DNA of 64,000 nucleotides from Acidobacteriota bacterium (GTDB lineage Bacteria; Acidobacteriota; Vicinamibacteria; Vicinamibacterales; UBA2999): the NCBI GenBank assembly GCA_016192845.1, contig JACPTI010000030.1, positions 1,281 through 65,280 on the forward strand, read 5' to 3'. A program made the position numbers and the translations under genes. The notes under the pieces were generated by a model. That model made no database searches, was not told where the DNA came from, and saw only the letters and a list, made by a program, of their open reading frames with translations. Of this stretch, positions 7,692-17,104 are shown piece after piece (the stretch's first letter is position 1; every line of letters starts with the position of its first letter).

Positions 7692-9551
7692 ATGGCGATC
7701 CACGACCTCAAGGAGCAGATTACGCGGCTGCCGGAGCAGCCCGGCGTGTATCTGTGGCGCAACGCCGCCGGCGACACGATTTACGTCGGCAAGGCGCGCA
7801 CGCTCAGGGATCGTGTGCGCAGCTACCTCGGGGCGGCCGGCCTCAGCCCGCGGCACGACGCGCTGCTCGAGGAGATCGCCTCGCTCGAGGTAATCGTCAC
7901 CGACTCGGTCATGGAGGCGCTCGCGCTCGAGAACAACCTGATCAAGCAGCGCCGGCCGAAGTACAACATCCTGCTCCGCGACGACAAGAACTACCCGTAC
8001 CTGCAGCTGACCACGAGCGAGCCGTTTCCGCGCATCCTCGTGGCGCGCCGCGTGGAGAAGGGGGGCGATTTCTACGCCGGCCCGTTCCTCCCCGCGAAGC
8101 TCGCGCGCCGGACCATGGGGCTGGCGCACCGGCTGTTCGGGATCCGGTCGTGCAACGAGGTGATCACCGGGCAGCGCGGGCGGCCCTGCCTCGAGTACGA
8201 CATCAAGCGCTGCATCGCGCCGTGCGTCGCGGAGATCTGCGGCCGGGAGCGCTACGGCGCGGCGATCGAGAACGCGAAGCTGCTCCTCGAGGGGCGCACC
8301 GACGAGCTGGCCGACACGCTGCAGGCGCGCATGCAGGAGGCGGCCAGCGCCCAGCGCTACGAGGAGGCGGCGCAGCTCCGCGACGCGCTCCGCACGGTCC
8401 AGACGCTCCGCGATCGGGAGCAGAAGGTCGCAACGCCGGGGCTCGGCGACCGCGACGTGTTCGGCCTCAAGGTCGGCCCGAGCGGCGGCGCCATCCAGGT
8501 CTTCGCGATGCGCGGCGGCCGCGTCGTCGAGCGCGTGGAGCTGGCGGTGGAGCCGGGGCTTGCCCGGCGAGACGCGGAGGTGTTGCAGGCGGCGCTGCAG
8601 CAGTTCTACGAGGACCGCGCAGCGCCCACCGAGATCAACCTGCCGCTGGAGATCGAGGACGCGGAGGCGCTGGAGGCGTGGCTGTCCGGACGCGCGGGCC
8701 GGCGCGCGCGCGTGACCGTGCCGCAGCGGGGCGACAAACGGGCCCTCGTCGACCTGGCGACGCGCAATGCCGAGCTCTCGTACCGCACCCGCTTCAACGA
8801 GATCACCGCCGCCCACTTCGAGGGGCTCGAAACGCTGCGCGCCACGCTCGGCCTCCCGGCGATGCCGCGGCGCATCGAGTGCTTCGACATCTCGACGATT
8901 CAGGGGAGCGAGACCGTGGCGTCGATGGTCGTCTGCGAAGACGGCCGGATGAAGAAGGCGGAGTACCGGAAGTTCCGGATCAAAGGGCTTCGGGCTTCGG
9001 GCTTCGGGCTTCGGACACCCAAAGCCCACAGCCCAGAGCCTAAAGCCCTTCCGGATGACTTTGCGGCCATGCGCGAAGTCGTCCAGCGGCGCTGCCGCAA
9101 GGTGATGGAGGAGGGCGGGCCGTTTCCGGATCTGATCCTGATCGACGGCGGCAAGGGGCAGGTGACCGCCGCCTATGAGGCGCTCGAGTCGATTGGTCTC
9201 GGCACCCTGGTGGCGGTCGGGATTGCCAAGCGGGAGGAGCTGCTCTTCACGCGCGACCGGTCGGAGCCCATCGCGCTCGCCGAGAACGACCCGGCGCTGC
9301 TGCTCCTCGAGCGCATCCGAAACGAGGCGCACCGGTTTGCTGTGACGTTCCACCGCAAGGCGCGCTCGATGCGTGACCTCCGCTCCGAGCTCGATGCCGT
9401 CCCCGGCATCGGCCCGCGCCGGCGCCGCGCGCTTCTCACCGCGTTTGGGAGCCTGGCCGGCGTCCGCCGCGCCACTCGCGAGGAGCTTGGCGCCGTGATC
9501 GGGCCGAAGGCAGCGGCCGCCGTTATCGATTACTTCGCGAAGTCTGCCTGA
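7692..9551 (+). CDS. uvrC: excinuclease ABC subunit C
   Basis: N-terminal GIY-YIG motif (PGVYLWRNAAGDTIYVGKARTLRDRVRSY), UVR domain, ECFDISTIQG nuclease motif and C-terminal (HhH)2 (LDAVPGIGPRRRRALLTAFGS). Confidence 0.95.
   Translation: MAIHDLKEQITRLPEQPGVYLWRNAAGDTIYVGKARTLRDRVRSYLGAAGLSPRHDALLEEIASLEVIVTDSVMEALALENNLIKQRRPKYNILLRDDKNYPYLQLTTSEPFPRILVARRVEKGGDFYAGPFLPAKLARRTMGLAHRLFGIRSCNEVITGQRGRPCLEYDIKRCIAPCVAEICGRERYGAAIENAKLLLEGRTDELADTLQARMQEAASAQRYEEAAQLRDALRTVQTLRDREQKVATPGLGDRDVFGLKVGPSGGAIQVFAMRGGRVVERVELAVEPGLARRDAEVLQAALQQFYEDRAAPTEINLPLEIEDAEALEAWLSGRAGRRARVTVPQRGDKRALVDLATRNAELSYRTRFNEITAAHFEGLETLRATLGLPAMPRRIECFDISTIQGSETVASMVVCEDGRMKKAEYRKFRIKGLRASGFGLRTPKAHSPEPKALPDDFAAMREVVQRRCRKVMEEGGPFPDLILIDGGKGQVTAAYEALESIGLGTLVAVGIAKREELLFTRDRSEPIALAENDPALLLLERIRNEAHRFAVTFHRKARSMRDLRSELDAVPGIGPRRRRALLTAFGSLAGVRRATREELGAVIGPKAAAAVIDYFAKSA
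8985..9048. repeat. in-frame heptamer-array palindrome inside uvrC
   Basis: GGGCTTC x4 in tandem (8985-9012), then GG-ACA, then the inverted array CCCAAAG CCCACAG CCCAGAG CCTAAAG CCC. It is translated as GLRASGFGLRTPKAHSPEPKAL. Confidence 0.8.
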
Positions 9552-9633
9552 CGTGCGAAATTTCACGCCCATTGGCGCTTCCGTGCCCTGGGGCTGGAAC
9601 GGTCATTGCTGGGGTGGCGCGTGGAGGCGGTGT

Positions 9634-10032
9634 ATGAACGTGCATCTTTTTCGCCTCGTGGCCTCCGGCGCGCTGATGCTGGCGGCCTCACCCGGCCTCG
9701 CCCATCACTACTTCCCGCGCGAATCCGATACGCCGACCACCGTGACCGGGACAGTCGTCCGATTCGACATGGTGAATCCGCATGCGCGCCTGCTGCTGGA
9801 AGTCCGAGACAGCAGCGGGACAGCCACCATCTGGGACATCGAGCTTGGAAGCATCCAGGTCCTGGTGGCCCGGGGATGGAAGCGGGACGCGGTGCGTGCA
9901 GGGGATGTCGTGACGGCCGACGTCATCATGTGGAAAGGCCGAGCGAACGCCGGATCCGCGCGCACGGTGCAATTGCCGGACGGCCGGAAGGTGTTCGCCG
10001 GGTCGCACGCAGGCGATTCCGCCCGGCGGTAA
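9634..10032 (+). CDS. small secreted protein, mature N-terminus HH (paralog of 12102-12524)
   Basis: ATG 9634 preceded by GGAGG. Signal peptide ...SPGLA|HHYF. Shares LAHH.F, NPH, RGW.R and DGRK.FAG with the paralog. Confidence 0.7.
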   Translation: MNVHLFRLVASGALMLAASPGLAHHYFPRESDTPTTVTGTVVRFDMVNPHARLLLEVRDSSGTATIWDIELGSIQVLVARGWKRDAVRAGDVVTADVIMWKGRANAGSARTVQLPDGRKVFAGSHAGDSARR

Positions 10033-10059
10033 AAACAACTCGAGGCGGGGGGAGGAGCC

Positions 10060-10920
10060 CTAGTGGGGGCCCTTGCCCGTGACGCCGGGATAGATGCGGT
10101 AGCCGAGGTCGATGAGAGGCTGCGTGTTGCGCTCGCCTTCGTGGCACGCCTCCTCGAGCAGCTCGAGATCCCGTTCCGCCATGCGCCTGAGCGGAAACGC
10201 CATCGTCCAGGGACGCGTGTAGACGCCTGGGTCCTCGATCGTGGCCTGCACGTGGATCGTGTCAGGGTCGATGCGGGTGAACCGGGCGACGATGTGGGCC
10301 CGTTCCGAATAGAAGTTTCCGGCCTGGTCGAACCACGGCTTCGCGTTGAGGTTCGTCACGTCGACGACCAGCGTCGAGCCTTCCCAGTGCCCGCGCAGGT
10401 CTCCCTGCCACAGGCCTACATTCCCGCCGATGTGCGGACGCGCGTCGGTTGGAATGATCCAGTAGGTATGCGCCCGCTCGAAGAGCACGACGACATATCC
10501 GCGCGTCTGCAGAATCTGGATGGTGGTCGGCGTGTAGAGCGAGCGTGGAACGCCGGACGGGAAACACGGCACGTTGGGATCGATGTACCGTGCCTTGTTC
10601 TCGTCGCGCTGCGCCGCCGCCCAGCGTTGGTACGGAATCCTGCCGTCCGGCGGGTCGACGATGAGGCTCGGCCCGCCGGCGTCGTCGAGCGTCTTGGGAT
10701 GAGCCTCGATGCTCTCGGTCGCGTAGGTCGGGCCGCGCCAGAACCCCTGCAGGCTGGCTTTGCCGTCCGGTGTTCGCGGCGGATCGAACACCGCGCCCCG
10801 TGCCACCGCGCAGGGATGGAACAGTGCGGGGTCGGCCGGACAACGCTCCTGTGCCGAGGTCAGCGGCGCCGCCAGTCCGGTGACGGCAGCCGCTGCCACG
10901 ACACAGGCCGACAGCCTCAC
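10060..10920 (-). CDS. secreted conserved hypothetical protein, paralog copy 3
   Basis: 286 aa. The GTG start overlaps the upstream stop (GTGA). Signal peptide MRLSACVVAAAAVTGLAAPLTSAQ. Motifs DGRIPYQRWA, GVPR, GDLRGHWEGSTLVVD and YTRPWTM. Confidence 0.8.
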   Translation of the reverse strand: MRLSACVVAAAAVTGLAAPLTSAQERCPADPALFHPCAVARGAVFDPPRTPDGKASLQGFWRGPTYATESIEAHPKTLDDAGGPSLIVDPPDGRIPYQRWAAAQRDENKARYIDPNVPCFPSGVPRSLYTPTTIQILQTRGYVVVLFERAHTYWIIPTDARPHIGGNVGLWQGDLRGHWEGSTLVVDVTNLNAKPWFDQAGNFYSERAHIVARFTRIDPDTIHVQATIEDPGVYTRPWTMAFPLRRMAERDLELLEEACHEGERNTQPLIDLGYRIYPGVTGKGPH

Positions 10921-11429
10921 AGGCCCCAGGGTACCAGACGGCCGAAGTACACGACCCCCGTCCAGAGGACCAACGACGCGGCGGCCATCGCTTTGGCCGC
11001 TCCCGGTACGTCCTCGCCGGGTCCGACGTCATCGACCTGTCGTCCCACGCCCGTCACGTAAAAGAACAGTATGTTGAGCCCGGCGAGGATGATCAGGATC
11101 AGCTTCAACTGCAAGTACAGGTTGGTCACCAGGACGTCGTAGGCGTTGACCCCGAACAGATTGGCTCCCAACCCCAGCGTGAATCCGAGGCCGCTGACGA
11201 CCGCGAGCGCGAACCCGAAGATCGCCCAGGGGAGGAGCCGCCGGAACGGCCGGAGCGGCAGCTCCTTGGCGACGCCCAGCATGCGCAGATCGAACATCAT
11301 GATGATGCCGAAGAGCAGGGCCAGGCCGACGAAATGCGTCGTTTCCAGCAGCGGCCAGCCCCAGGGATTCTGGTTCAGGAAGGCGTTCAGCGACGGCCAG
11401 TCGAAGATGTAGCGAAGCACGGCTTCCAT
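10917..11429 (-). CDS. integral membrane protein (4-5 TM), unknown function
   Basis: 170-aa hydrophobic ORF with AAGGA upstream of the ATG. Lies in an operon with its neighbours. Confidence 0.7.
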   Translation of the reverse strand: MEAVLRYIFDWPSLNAFLNQNPWGWPLLETTHFVGLALLFGIIMMFDLRMLGVAKELPLRPFRRLLPWAIFGFALAVVSGLGFTLGLGANLFGVNAYDVLVTNLYLQLKLILIILAGLNILFFYVTGVGRQVDDVGPGEDVPGAAKAMAAASLVLWTGVVYFGRLVPWGL

Positions 11430-11447
11430 GGCGTCATCGTCCTTTCA

Positions 11448-12077
11448 TCACGCGTGAGACCGCCGGGCGCCGGCGGCCGCTCGTGCCGAGCCGGCCTCCC
11501 TGGCGTCCGCCGCCAGGCTCACCCGGCGAGCCACGATCGCCCCGACGATGGCGACCACAATCCCCACGACCAGCACGGCAATCCCGGTTTCCACCTGGAT
11601 GTAGGCGTCGTATGCCGACACGCGTCCAGTGAAGATCGCCACGGCCCATGCCGCAAGCGTTACGGCGGCGAACCCCTTGCCCTTCGTCGGTGGCCTGCCA
11701 GCCTGAACGGCCGGATCGCGGAAGACCTGGTTCGAGATCTTCAGCATCATGACGATGGCGAGCGCGATCGCCCCCAGCTTTATGTAGAAGATGGGAATGG
11801 TCAGGAACTTGATTGGCTCGAGGATGAACAACACCACGCCTGAGACGGCATTGACCCAGAAGCCGATCCACATGAACCGGAGGTACTTCTCCATCGGCGC
11901 CAGCGGCAGCGCGGCTGCGACGCCGAGGATCCGGAAGCAAATCCCCGCACTGATGCCGACGACCATTCCGAGGCCGATCGCGTGGAGGGTGATGTAAAGC
12001 TGGTACGCGAGCAGTGACGGCGACTCACGCACCCACGTGGCGAAGCCACTGTTTTGGAGCGATTCGAGGATGCCCAT
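11448..12077 (-). CDS. integral membrane protein, unknown function
   Basis: ATG at 12077 (MGILESLQ...) preceded by GGAG. Multiple TM segments. Confidence 0.7.
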   Translation of the reverse strand: MGILESLQNSGFATWVRESPSLLAYQLYITLHAIGLGMVVGISAGICFRILGVAAALPLAPMEKYLRFMWIGFWVNAVSGVVLFILEPIKFLTIPIFYIKLGAIALAIVMMLKISNQVFRDPAVQAGRPPTKGKGFAAVTLAAWAVAIFTGRVSAYDAYIQVETGIAVLVVGIVVAIVGAIVARRVSLAADAREAGSARAAAGARRSHA

Positions 12078-12101
12078 GCTGTTCTCCTGCAATCGCTGGC
12101 G

Positions 12102-12524
12102 CTAGAAACCGCGCTCCGGGCCCTCCCCTGGGGCCTGGCCCGCCGTGCCCGCAAACAGCTTTCTCCCGTCGGCCAGCGACACATCGCGGGCGTTCGCTTT
12201 GGCCGACCCGTCTTTGGCCTGGAACCCCGTCACCGTCACCGGCGCGCCGACCGGCAGGTCGGTCCTCCGCCAGCCGCGGCGCAGCAAGGCGTTGGAGGCT
12301 CCGAACTCGAGACTCCACGTCACGACCGTGCCGTCCGGCTGTTTCACGTCGATGAAGAGCCATGAGTGGGGATTCACCCAGTCCATGCTCTTGATCGTGC
12401 CGGTCAGGGTCACCGGCTTGTTGGCGTCGAACTCCGCCGCAAACGAGTGGTGGGCTAAGGCCGGCGTCGCGATCAGGAACAGACCGACGACACCCATCAT
12501 TACAACGAACCGCTTCGTGTTCAT
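12102..12524 (-). CDS. small secreted protein, mature N-terminus HH (paralog of 9634-10032)
   Basis: ATG 12524 with GAGGTG upstream. Signal peptide MNTKRFVVMMGVVGLFLIATPALA|HHSF. Confidence 0.75.
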   Translation of the reverse strand: MNTKRFVVMMGVVGLFLIATPALAHHSFAAEFDANKPVTLTGTIKSMDWVNPHSWLFIDVKQPDGTVVTWSLEFGASNALLRRGWRRTDLPVGAPVTVTGFQAKDGSAKANARDVSLADGRKLFAGTAGQAPGEGPERGF

Positions 12525-12866
12525 GGAGTCACCTCGCACTGTGTGACCAAACCTGAGCAAACAGGATGCCGGAGCGTGAATCGCGTGCCGAGGGCTGCTG
12601 GAACGCGGTGCGCAGCCAATGCCGGCCCTCACCACGGGGCGGATCACCCTGCGGTCTTCGTCGTCGTGACATTTTCCGCAGCCGCACGCGCGGGGAGAAA
12701 CGGATCGGCGCAGGATTTCCAATGTCGCACGCCGTTCTTCGGGTTGGCCCGTGGTGTGCTTGGCTTGGGTGCCGCGCACAGGGATGTGCGTCGCGGCCGC
12801 GCATTTCTCCCGTTTTGTTTTCTTCGGTCGGTCGTGAATTCATATCGGAATTTATAGGGGGGACCT

Positions 12867-15755
12867 TTGGGAGGACCAATAACACGAGGCGGCGTCGGGC
12901 GGTGGGTTCTGTTCGGTCTCATCCTGCTGCTGCCTGGGATGGTAGAGGCCCAGGAGGCAGTCCTGACGGGCACCATCACGGATGCGACCGGCGGCGTCCT
13001 GCCCGGCGTCACCGTGGTCGCCGTGCACGAAGCGACGGGCAACCGCTTCGAGGCGGTGACCGATGAGCGCGGCATCTATCGGATTCCCGCGCGCGTGGGC
13101 GGCTATACGATCACCGCGGAGCTGGACGGCTTTGCGCCCGCGACGCGCGCGAACGTACAGCTCCTGGTCGGCCAGACCGTCACCATCAACCTGCAGATGC
13201 AGCTCTCGACGCTGCAGGAGACGGTGCAGGTGACGGCCGAGGAGCCGCTCCTCGATGTGTCCACCTCCGTCGTGGGCGGCAACATCGACCCGCGCCAGAT
13301 GCAGGAGCTGCCCGTACAGGGACGCGACTGGACGGCGCTGGCGCTCCTGGCCCCCGGGAACCGGACAACAGCCATGGGCGGGACGCCGGTGCAGGACCGC
13401 GCCGACGTCCGCGAGTACCACATGAACGTCGACGGCCAGCAGGTCACGCAGACGATGGGGATCGGCGGGCAGCCGTTGTACAGCCGCGACTCGATCGCGG
13501 AGTTTCAATTCGTTTCGAACCGGTTCGACGCCTCCCAGGGGCGGTCCTCCGGTGTGCTCGTGAATGCGGTCAGCAAGTCAGGCACCAACAACGTGTCCGG
13601 CCTCTTCAGCAGCTACTTCCGCGACTCCGACTGGAACGCCAATGATCACGTGCTGAACCGGGTGATTCCGTTCTCGAATCAGCAGGTCAGCGCCGCCGTC
13701 GGCGGGCCCATCCTGCGCGACCGGGTGCACTTCTTCGGTAACTATGAGTACGACCGCACGCCGAAGACGAGCATCTGGAACACGCCGTACCCGGCGTTCA
13801 ACATCACGCTGAACGGCAAGGAGGTCAAGCACATCGCCGGCGGCCGGGTCGACTACCAGCTCTCGCCGGCCGTTCGCATCATGGGGAAGGTGAGCGGCGC
13901 CAGCCACGACGATCCGTTCGGCATCGGGAGCGCCACGCAGCACCCGGCGAGCACCGGCAGCCAGGATCGCGAGAACCGCGAGTACCTGGGCCAGTACACG
14001 CACGTCGTCAGCAACCGCGCCGTCAACGAGGTGAAGGGCGGCTTCGCGGAGTGGAACATCCTCCAGGGCCTTCTGACCAACTGGTCGAACCACTGGGCGC
14101 GCGACATCGGCGTGACCGAGGGGCACCCGCGCGTGCAGATGGTGGGCCTCACGATTGGGGGCAACCAGAACGCGCCGCGCGTCCGCGATCAGAACATGTA
14201 CTTCGTGCGCGACGATTTCTCGCTCAGCTACGAGGCCCGTGGCCGCCACGACCTCAAGGCGGGCGGTGAGTACCTCTTCATGCACGAGCTGACGCGCAAC
14301 TGCCGCAACTGCATGGGGCTGATCGACGCGCGCCTCAGCCGGATTCCTGCCGACGTGATGCAGGCGATCTTCCCGGACCCGTTCAATGCCGACACGTGGA
14401 ACCTCAACGCCCTGGCGCCCTACACGCGCCGGTTCACGCTGGGGATCTCGGACACGTTCCGTACGCCGTTCGACGTGCCGCGCACGGCCGCGTGGGTCCA
14501 GGACGACTGGCGCGTGGCCAGCAACCTCACGCTGAACCTGGGCCTCCGCTACGACCTGATCTGGGACGCGTGGGCCAACTATGCGGAGGTACAGCCGATC
14601 CTCGACGCCAACCGGCCGCAGGACACCGACAACATCCAGCCGCGCGTCGGCTTCGCGTGGCAGGTCGACGACCGGACGGTGGTTCGCGGCGGCGTGGGGC
14701 GCTACTACGGCGACGTGCTGACGAACCTGCAGATGTGGACGTTGGGGAACAATGTCATCGCCTCGGTGGAGGTGAACAACGACGGACGCGCGGATTTCCC
14801 GACTAATCCGTTCAACGGCCCGAAGCCGACGCCGACGCAGGCGTTCGCGAACTTCTGCGACGTGAACAACCGGCCGGGCTGTCTGACCCGCGGCCTGCAG
14901 GAACTGGCGCCGCCGCCGCCGTACGACGACGTGCAGAACAGCTGGCAGACCTCCATCGGCTTCCAGCGCCAGTTCGGCACAGACATGTCGGTCGAAGTCG
15001 ACTACGTCTTCAACGGCAGCCGCGACGAGAAGGTGATTCAGGAGAACGTCAACGTTTCCTTCGATCCGCGCACGGGGGAGCCGCTGCCGTACTCGAACCG
15101 CGCCCTCCGGCCGTACCCGCTCCTCGGCATCATCTCGGTGACGCCGTACACGGGATGGTCCAACTACCACGGCGTGCAGACCGCGTTCACCAAGCGGTTC
15201 AGCAGGCAGTGGCAGGCGTCGGCGACCTACACGGTGGGCGGGCTGTGGAACGCGGCCGCCCGTCCGTTGAGCGGCCGGCGCATGGTCGACTTCAGCGTGT
15301 CGCCGGACCTCGGCGACGAATACACGCTCGCCGAGACCGATCAGCGCCACCGCATCGTGTTCAACGGCATCTGGCAGCCGGGGTTCGGCTTCCAGGTGAG
15401 CGGCGTTTACTTCTTCGGGTCTGGCGAGCGCGATCAGATCGAGGCTGGCGACGTGAACCGGGATGTCGGCGAGTGGGCGAACCAGCGCTACCGCGAGAAC
15501 GGCACGATCATCCCGCGCTACAGCTTCGTGGGCGACCAGATCCACCGCGTCGACCTCCGGCTCCAGCAGCGCATTCGACTGGTCGGCAGGGCCGGAATCG
15601 ACGGCATCTTCGAAGTGTTCAACGTGTTCGACCGCGCGAACTACGGTTCGTACGTGCTCGATGAGAGCAACCGTTCCTTCCTTCAGCCGGCGCAGAACGC
15701 GAACCTCGCCTATGCGCCGCGCACGCTGCAGCTCGGTTTCCGGCTGACGTTCTGA
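12867..15755 (+). CDS. TonB-dependent receptor with N-terminal carboxypeptidase-regulatory-like domain
   Basis: 962 aa. Signal peptide, then GTITDATGGVLPGVTVVAVHEATG...YRIP..L..G.Y (CarboxypepD_reg-like), a plug region (...QGRDW...), and a C-terminal beta-barrel ending ...RTLQLGFRLTF. Confidence 0.85.
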   Translation: MGGPITRGGVGRWVLFGLILLLPGMVEAQEAVLTGTITDATGGVLPGVTVVAVHEATGNRFEAVTDERGIYRIPARVGGYTITAELDGFAPATRANVQLLVGQTVTINLQMQLSTLQETVQVTAEEPLLDVSTSVVGGNIDPRQMQELPVQGRDWTALALLAPGNRTTAMGGTPVQDRADVREYHMNVDGQQVTQTMGIGGQPLYSRDSIAEFQFVSNRFDASQGRSSGVLVNAVSKSGTNNVSGLFSSYFRDSDWNANDHVLNRVIPFSNQQVSAAVGGPILRDRVHFFGNYEYDRTPKTSIWNTPYPAFNITLNGKEVKHIAGGRVDYQLSPAVRIMGKVSGASHDDPFGIGSATQHPASTGSQDRENREYLGQYTHVVSNRAVNEVKGGFAEWNILQGLLTNWSNHWARDIGVTEGHPRVQMVGLTIGGNQNAPRVRDQNMYFVRDDFSLSYEARGRHDLKAGGEYLFMHELTRNCRNCMGLIDARLSRIPADVMQAIFPDPFNADTWNLNALAPYTRRFTLGISDTFRTPFDVPRTAAWVQDDWRVASNLTLNLGLRYDLIWDAWANYAEVQPILDANRPQDTDNIQPRVGFAWQVDDRTVVRGGVGRYYGDVLTNLQMWTLGNNVIASVEVNNDGRADFPTNPFNGPKPTPTQAFANFCDVNNRPGCLTRGLQELAPPPPYDDVQNSWQTSIGFQRQFGTDMSVEVDYVFNGSRDEKVIQENVNVSFDPRTGEPLPYSNRALRPYPLLGIISVTPYTGWSNYHGVQTAFTKRFSRQWQASATYTVGGLWNAAARPLSGRRMVDFSVSPDLGDEYTLAETDQRHRIVFNGIWQPGFGFQVSGVYFFGSGERDQIEAGDVNRDVGEWANQRYRENGTIIPRYSFVGDQIHRVDLRLQQRIRLVGRAGIDGIFEVFNVFDRANYGSYVLDESNRSFLQPAQNANLAYAPRTLQLGFRLTF

Positions 15756-15776
15756 CGAGGCAGCGGCAGCCGGATT

Positions 15777-15810
15777 CGGCCGGCGGGGGTTCGAGGGCCT
15801 CCGCCGGCCG
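15777..15810 (+). terminator. GC-rich hairpin after the TonB-dependent receptor gene
   Basis: CGGCCGGCGG (15777-86) pairs perfectly with CCGCCGGCCG (15801-10). There is no clear T-tract. Confidence 0.4.
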
Positions 15811-16079
15811 CTCGTGTCCGGCTCGCGGAAGCGGGATCCAACGAAACAAGACGGAGGGTCGTCGACTCGGGTTGGCACAGCAGTTGCGCATGGCCCGCAA
15901 GCGCCGCCACTCTTCGGCGGATTCATTGCGGCGCTGGTATCCCGGCGAGCGGACTGGTTACGGATTCGTGTACCCGTCGGTCCGGGCTCGCTTGCGTGCG
16001 GTCGGCGTGCCGGTCCGCCTGTCGAGACAACCGTAGCCAATTCGTGCAACCGCATGACGACGGGTGGTTACGCCGCGCG

Positions 16080-16095
16080 TATGACGATCGTCATA
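16080..16095. promoter_or_regulatory. perfect 16-bp palindrome TATGACGATCGTCATA (operator candidate)
   Basis: Read directly, about 50 nt upstream of ATG 16148. An extra ATGACGA half-site lies at about 16054-16060. Confidence 0.45.
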
Positions 16096-16147
16096 GGAAA
16101 CCGCACACGCGTTGCTCCAGAGTGGTGCTGAGGGAGGCGAGGCGCGG

Positions 16148-16753
16148 ATGACGCATCACGTTGCGTGGGGGATCGTGGCGCTTCTGTGCCTCGCCGCTCA
16201 GCCCGCGGCCGCGGACGCGGAGCCGAAGAGGACCGGCGCGGCCGGCGCCCCGTCGTCGCCGACGACAAAGGTGCCGGCGCGCTCGCGCGTGCGAACCCTC
16301 GAGGCGGACGTGGCACAGCTCGTCAGAGACGGAGAGCGCAAGTCGCCCACGCTCAAACGCCTCATGCGGACCATCGACGGCTCGGACCTGCTCGTCTACG
16401 TCCTTCGATACGTGAGGCTGTCGGTCACCGGGGGCGGCATGGAAGTGATGGGGGCGGCCAACGGCCAGCGCATCGTCTTCATCCTCATCAATCCCGCATT
16501 GTCGTCCGTGCACGCGACCGCGATGATTGCCCACGAGCTGCAGCACGCGATCGAAATTGTGACGGCCCCTGAGGTGGTCGACCGCCCGTCGCTCGTCCGG
16601 CACTACGAACGCATCGGCATACGGACCGGGTTTGGGCCGCGTTCGCAGTCGTTCGACACGGCTGCCGCACGCGCCATCGAAGACATCGTCCTCGCCGAAT
16701 TGCTTGGGCGCGACAAGAGCGTCCCCGGAGACGTGACCGACGTGGGCTCGTGA
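16148..16753 (+). CDS. secreted hypothetical protein with HExxH motif
   Basis: MTHHVAWGIVALLCLAAQPAAADA signal peptide. MIAHELQHAIE is a zinc-metallopeptidase-type motif. Strong GC3 bias in this frame. Confidence 0.6.
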   Translation: MTHHVAWGIVALLCLAAQPAAADAEPKRTGAAGAPSSPTTKVPARSRVRTLEADVAQLVRDGERKSPTLKRLMRTIDGSDLLVYVLRYVRLSVTGGGMEVMGAANGQRIVFILINPALSSVHATAMIAHELQHAIEIVTAPEVVDRPSLVRHYERIGIRTGFGPRSQSFDTAAARAIEDIVLAELLGRDKSVPGDVTDVGS

Positions 16754-16885
16754 CGGACGCTCAGCCCATCTCGTTCCGCGCGCGGCCGAAGCAGACGCGC
16801 GCGGGCGTCTGGTCATCCCACCCGAGCGAAAGGCGGGACGGAATGTTTCTCCGTTCGCCGAGGCGTGGGTTTTTTTCGCGCCCGC

Positions 16886-17104
16886 TCACCAGTGGTGCAC
16901 GATCGGCGGCGGGTAGCTGTTCGCGTTCCACGGCGGCGTCCCGTACTCGACGCCCCAATGGATCATCCCTGTCAGCACTACGATCACCAGCGCGACCACG
17001 ACGAACGCGATCGCGACGGCGAGCATCAGCGGGTCGTGAAACGGGTCCTCGTTATCGGTCGTCTCCGGCGGTATGTGTCCGGCTTCCGTCAAGGGGGTGG
17101 CCAT
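16886..17104 (-). CDS. small membrane protein (uncertain)
   Basis: 72-aa ORF with one TM segment (LMLAVAIAFVVVALVIVVLTGMI). It overlaps the upstream gene by 53 nt, so the true start may be the internal Met at 17026. Confidence 0.35.
   Translation of the reverse strand: MATPLTEAGHIPPETTDNEDPFHDPLMLAVAIAFVVVALVIVVLTGMIHWGVEYGTPPWNANSYPPPIVHHW

Noticed and set aside
7680-9572. 630-aa ORF antisense to uvrC. Similar very long alternative-frame or antisense ORFs occur at 13578-16055, 25532-28294, 32927-34603, 34817-37876, 37483-39633, 42792-44171 and 46325-48484.
   Set aside because: Their translations are Arg/Ala/Gly/Pro-rich low-complexity sequences with no motifs. Each overlaps a gene with clear family signatures and proper GC3 bias. 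This is the typical stop-codon-poor artefact of about 70% GC DNA.
12560-12866. Possible cobalamin-riboswitch-like leader upstream of the TonB-dependent receptor (GGAACGCGGTGCGCAGCC...GCCGGCCCTCACCACGG).
   Set aside because: It resembles the GGGAA/GGUG...CCCGCCACUG core only loosely. The B12 box (GCCACUG) and the downstream AGCCAGGAGACCUGCC-type element are not present. It needs an Infernal scan and is not reported as a feature.
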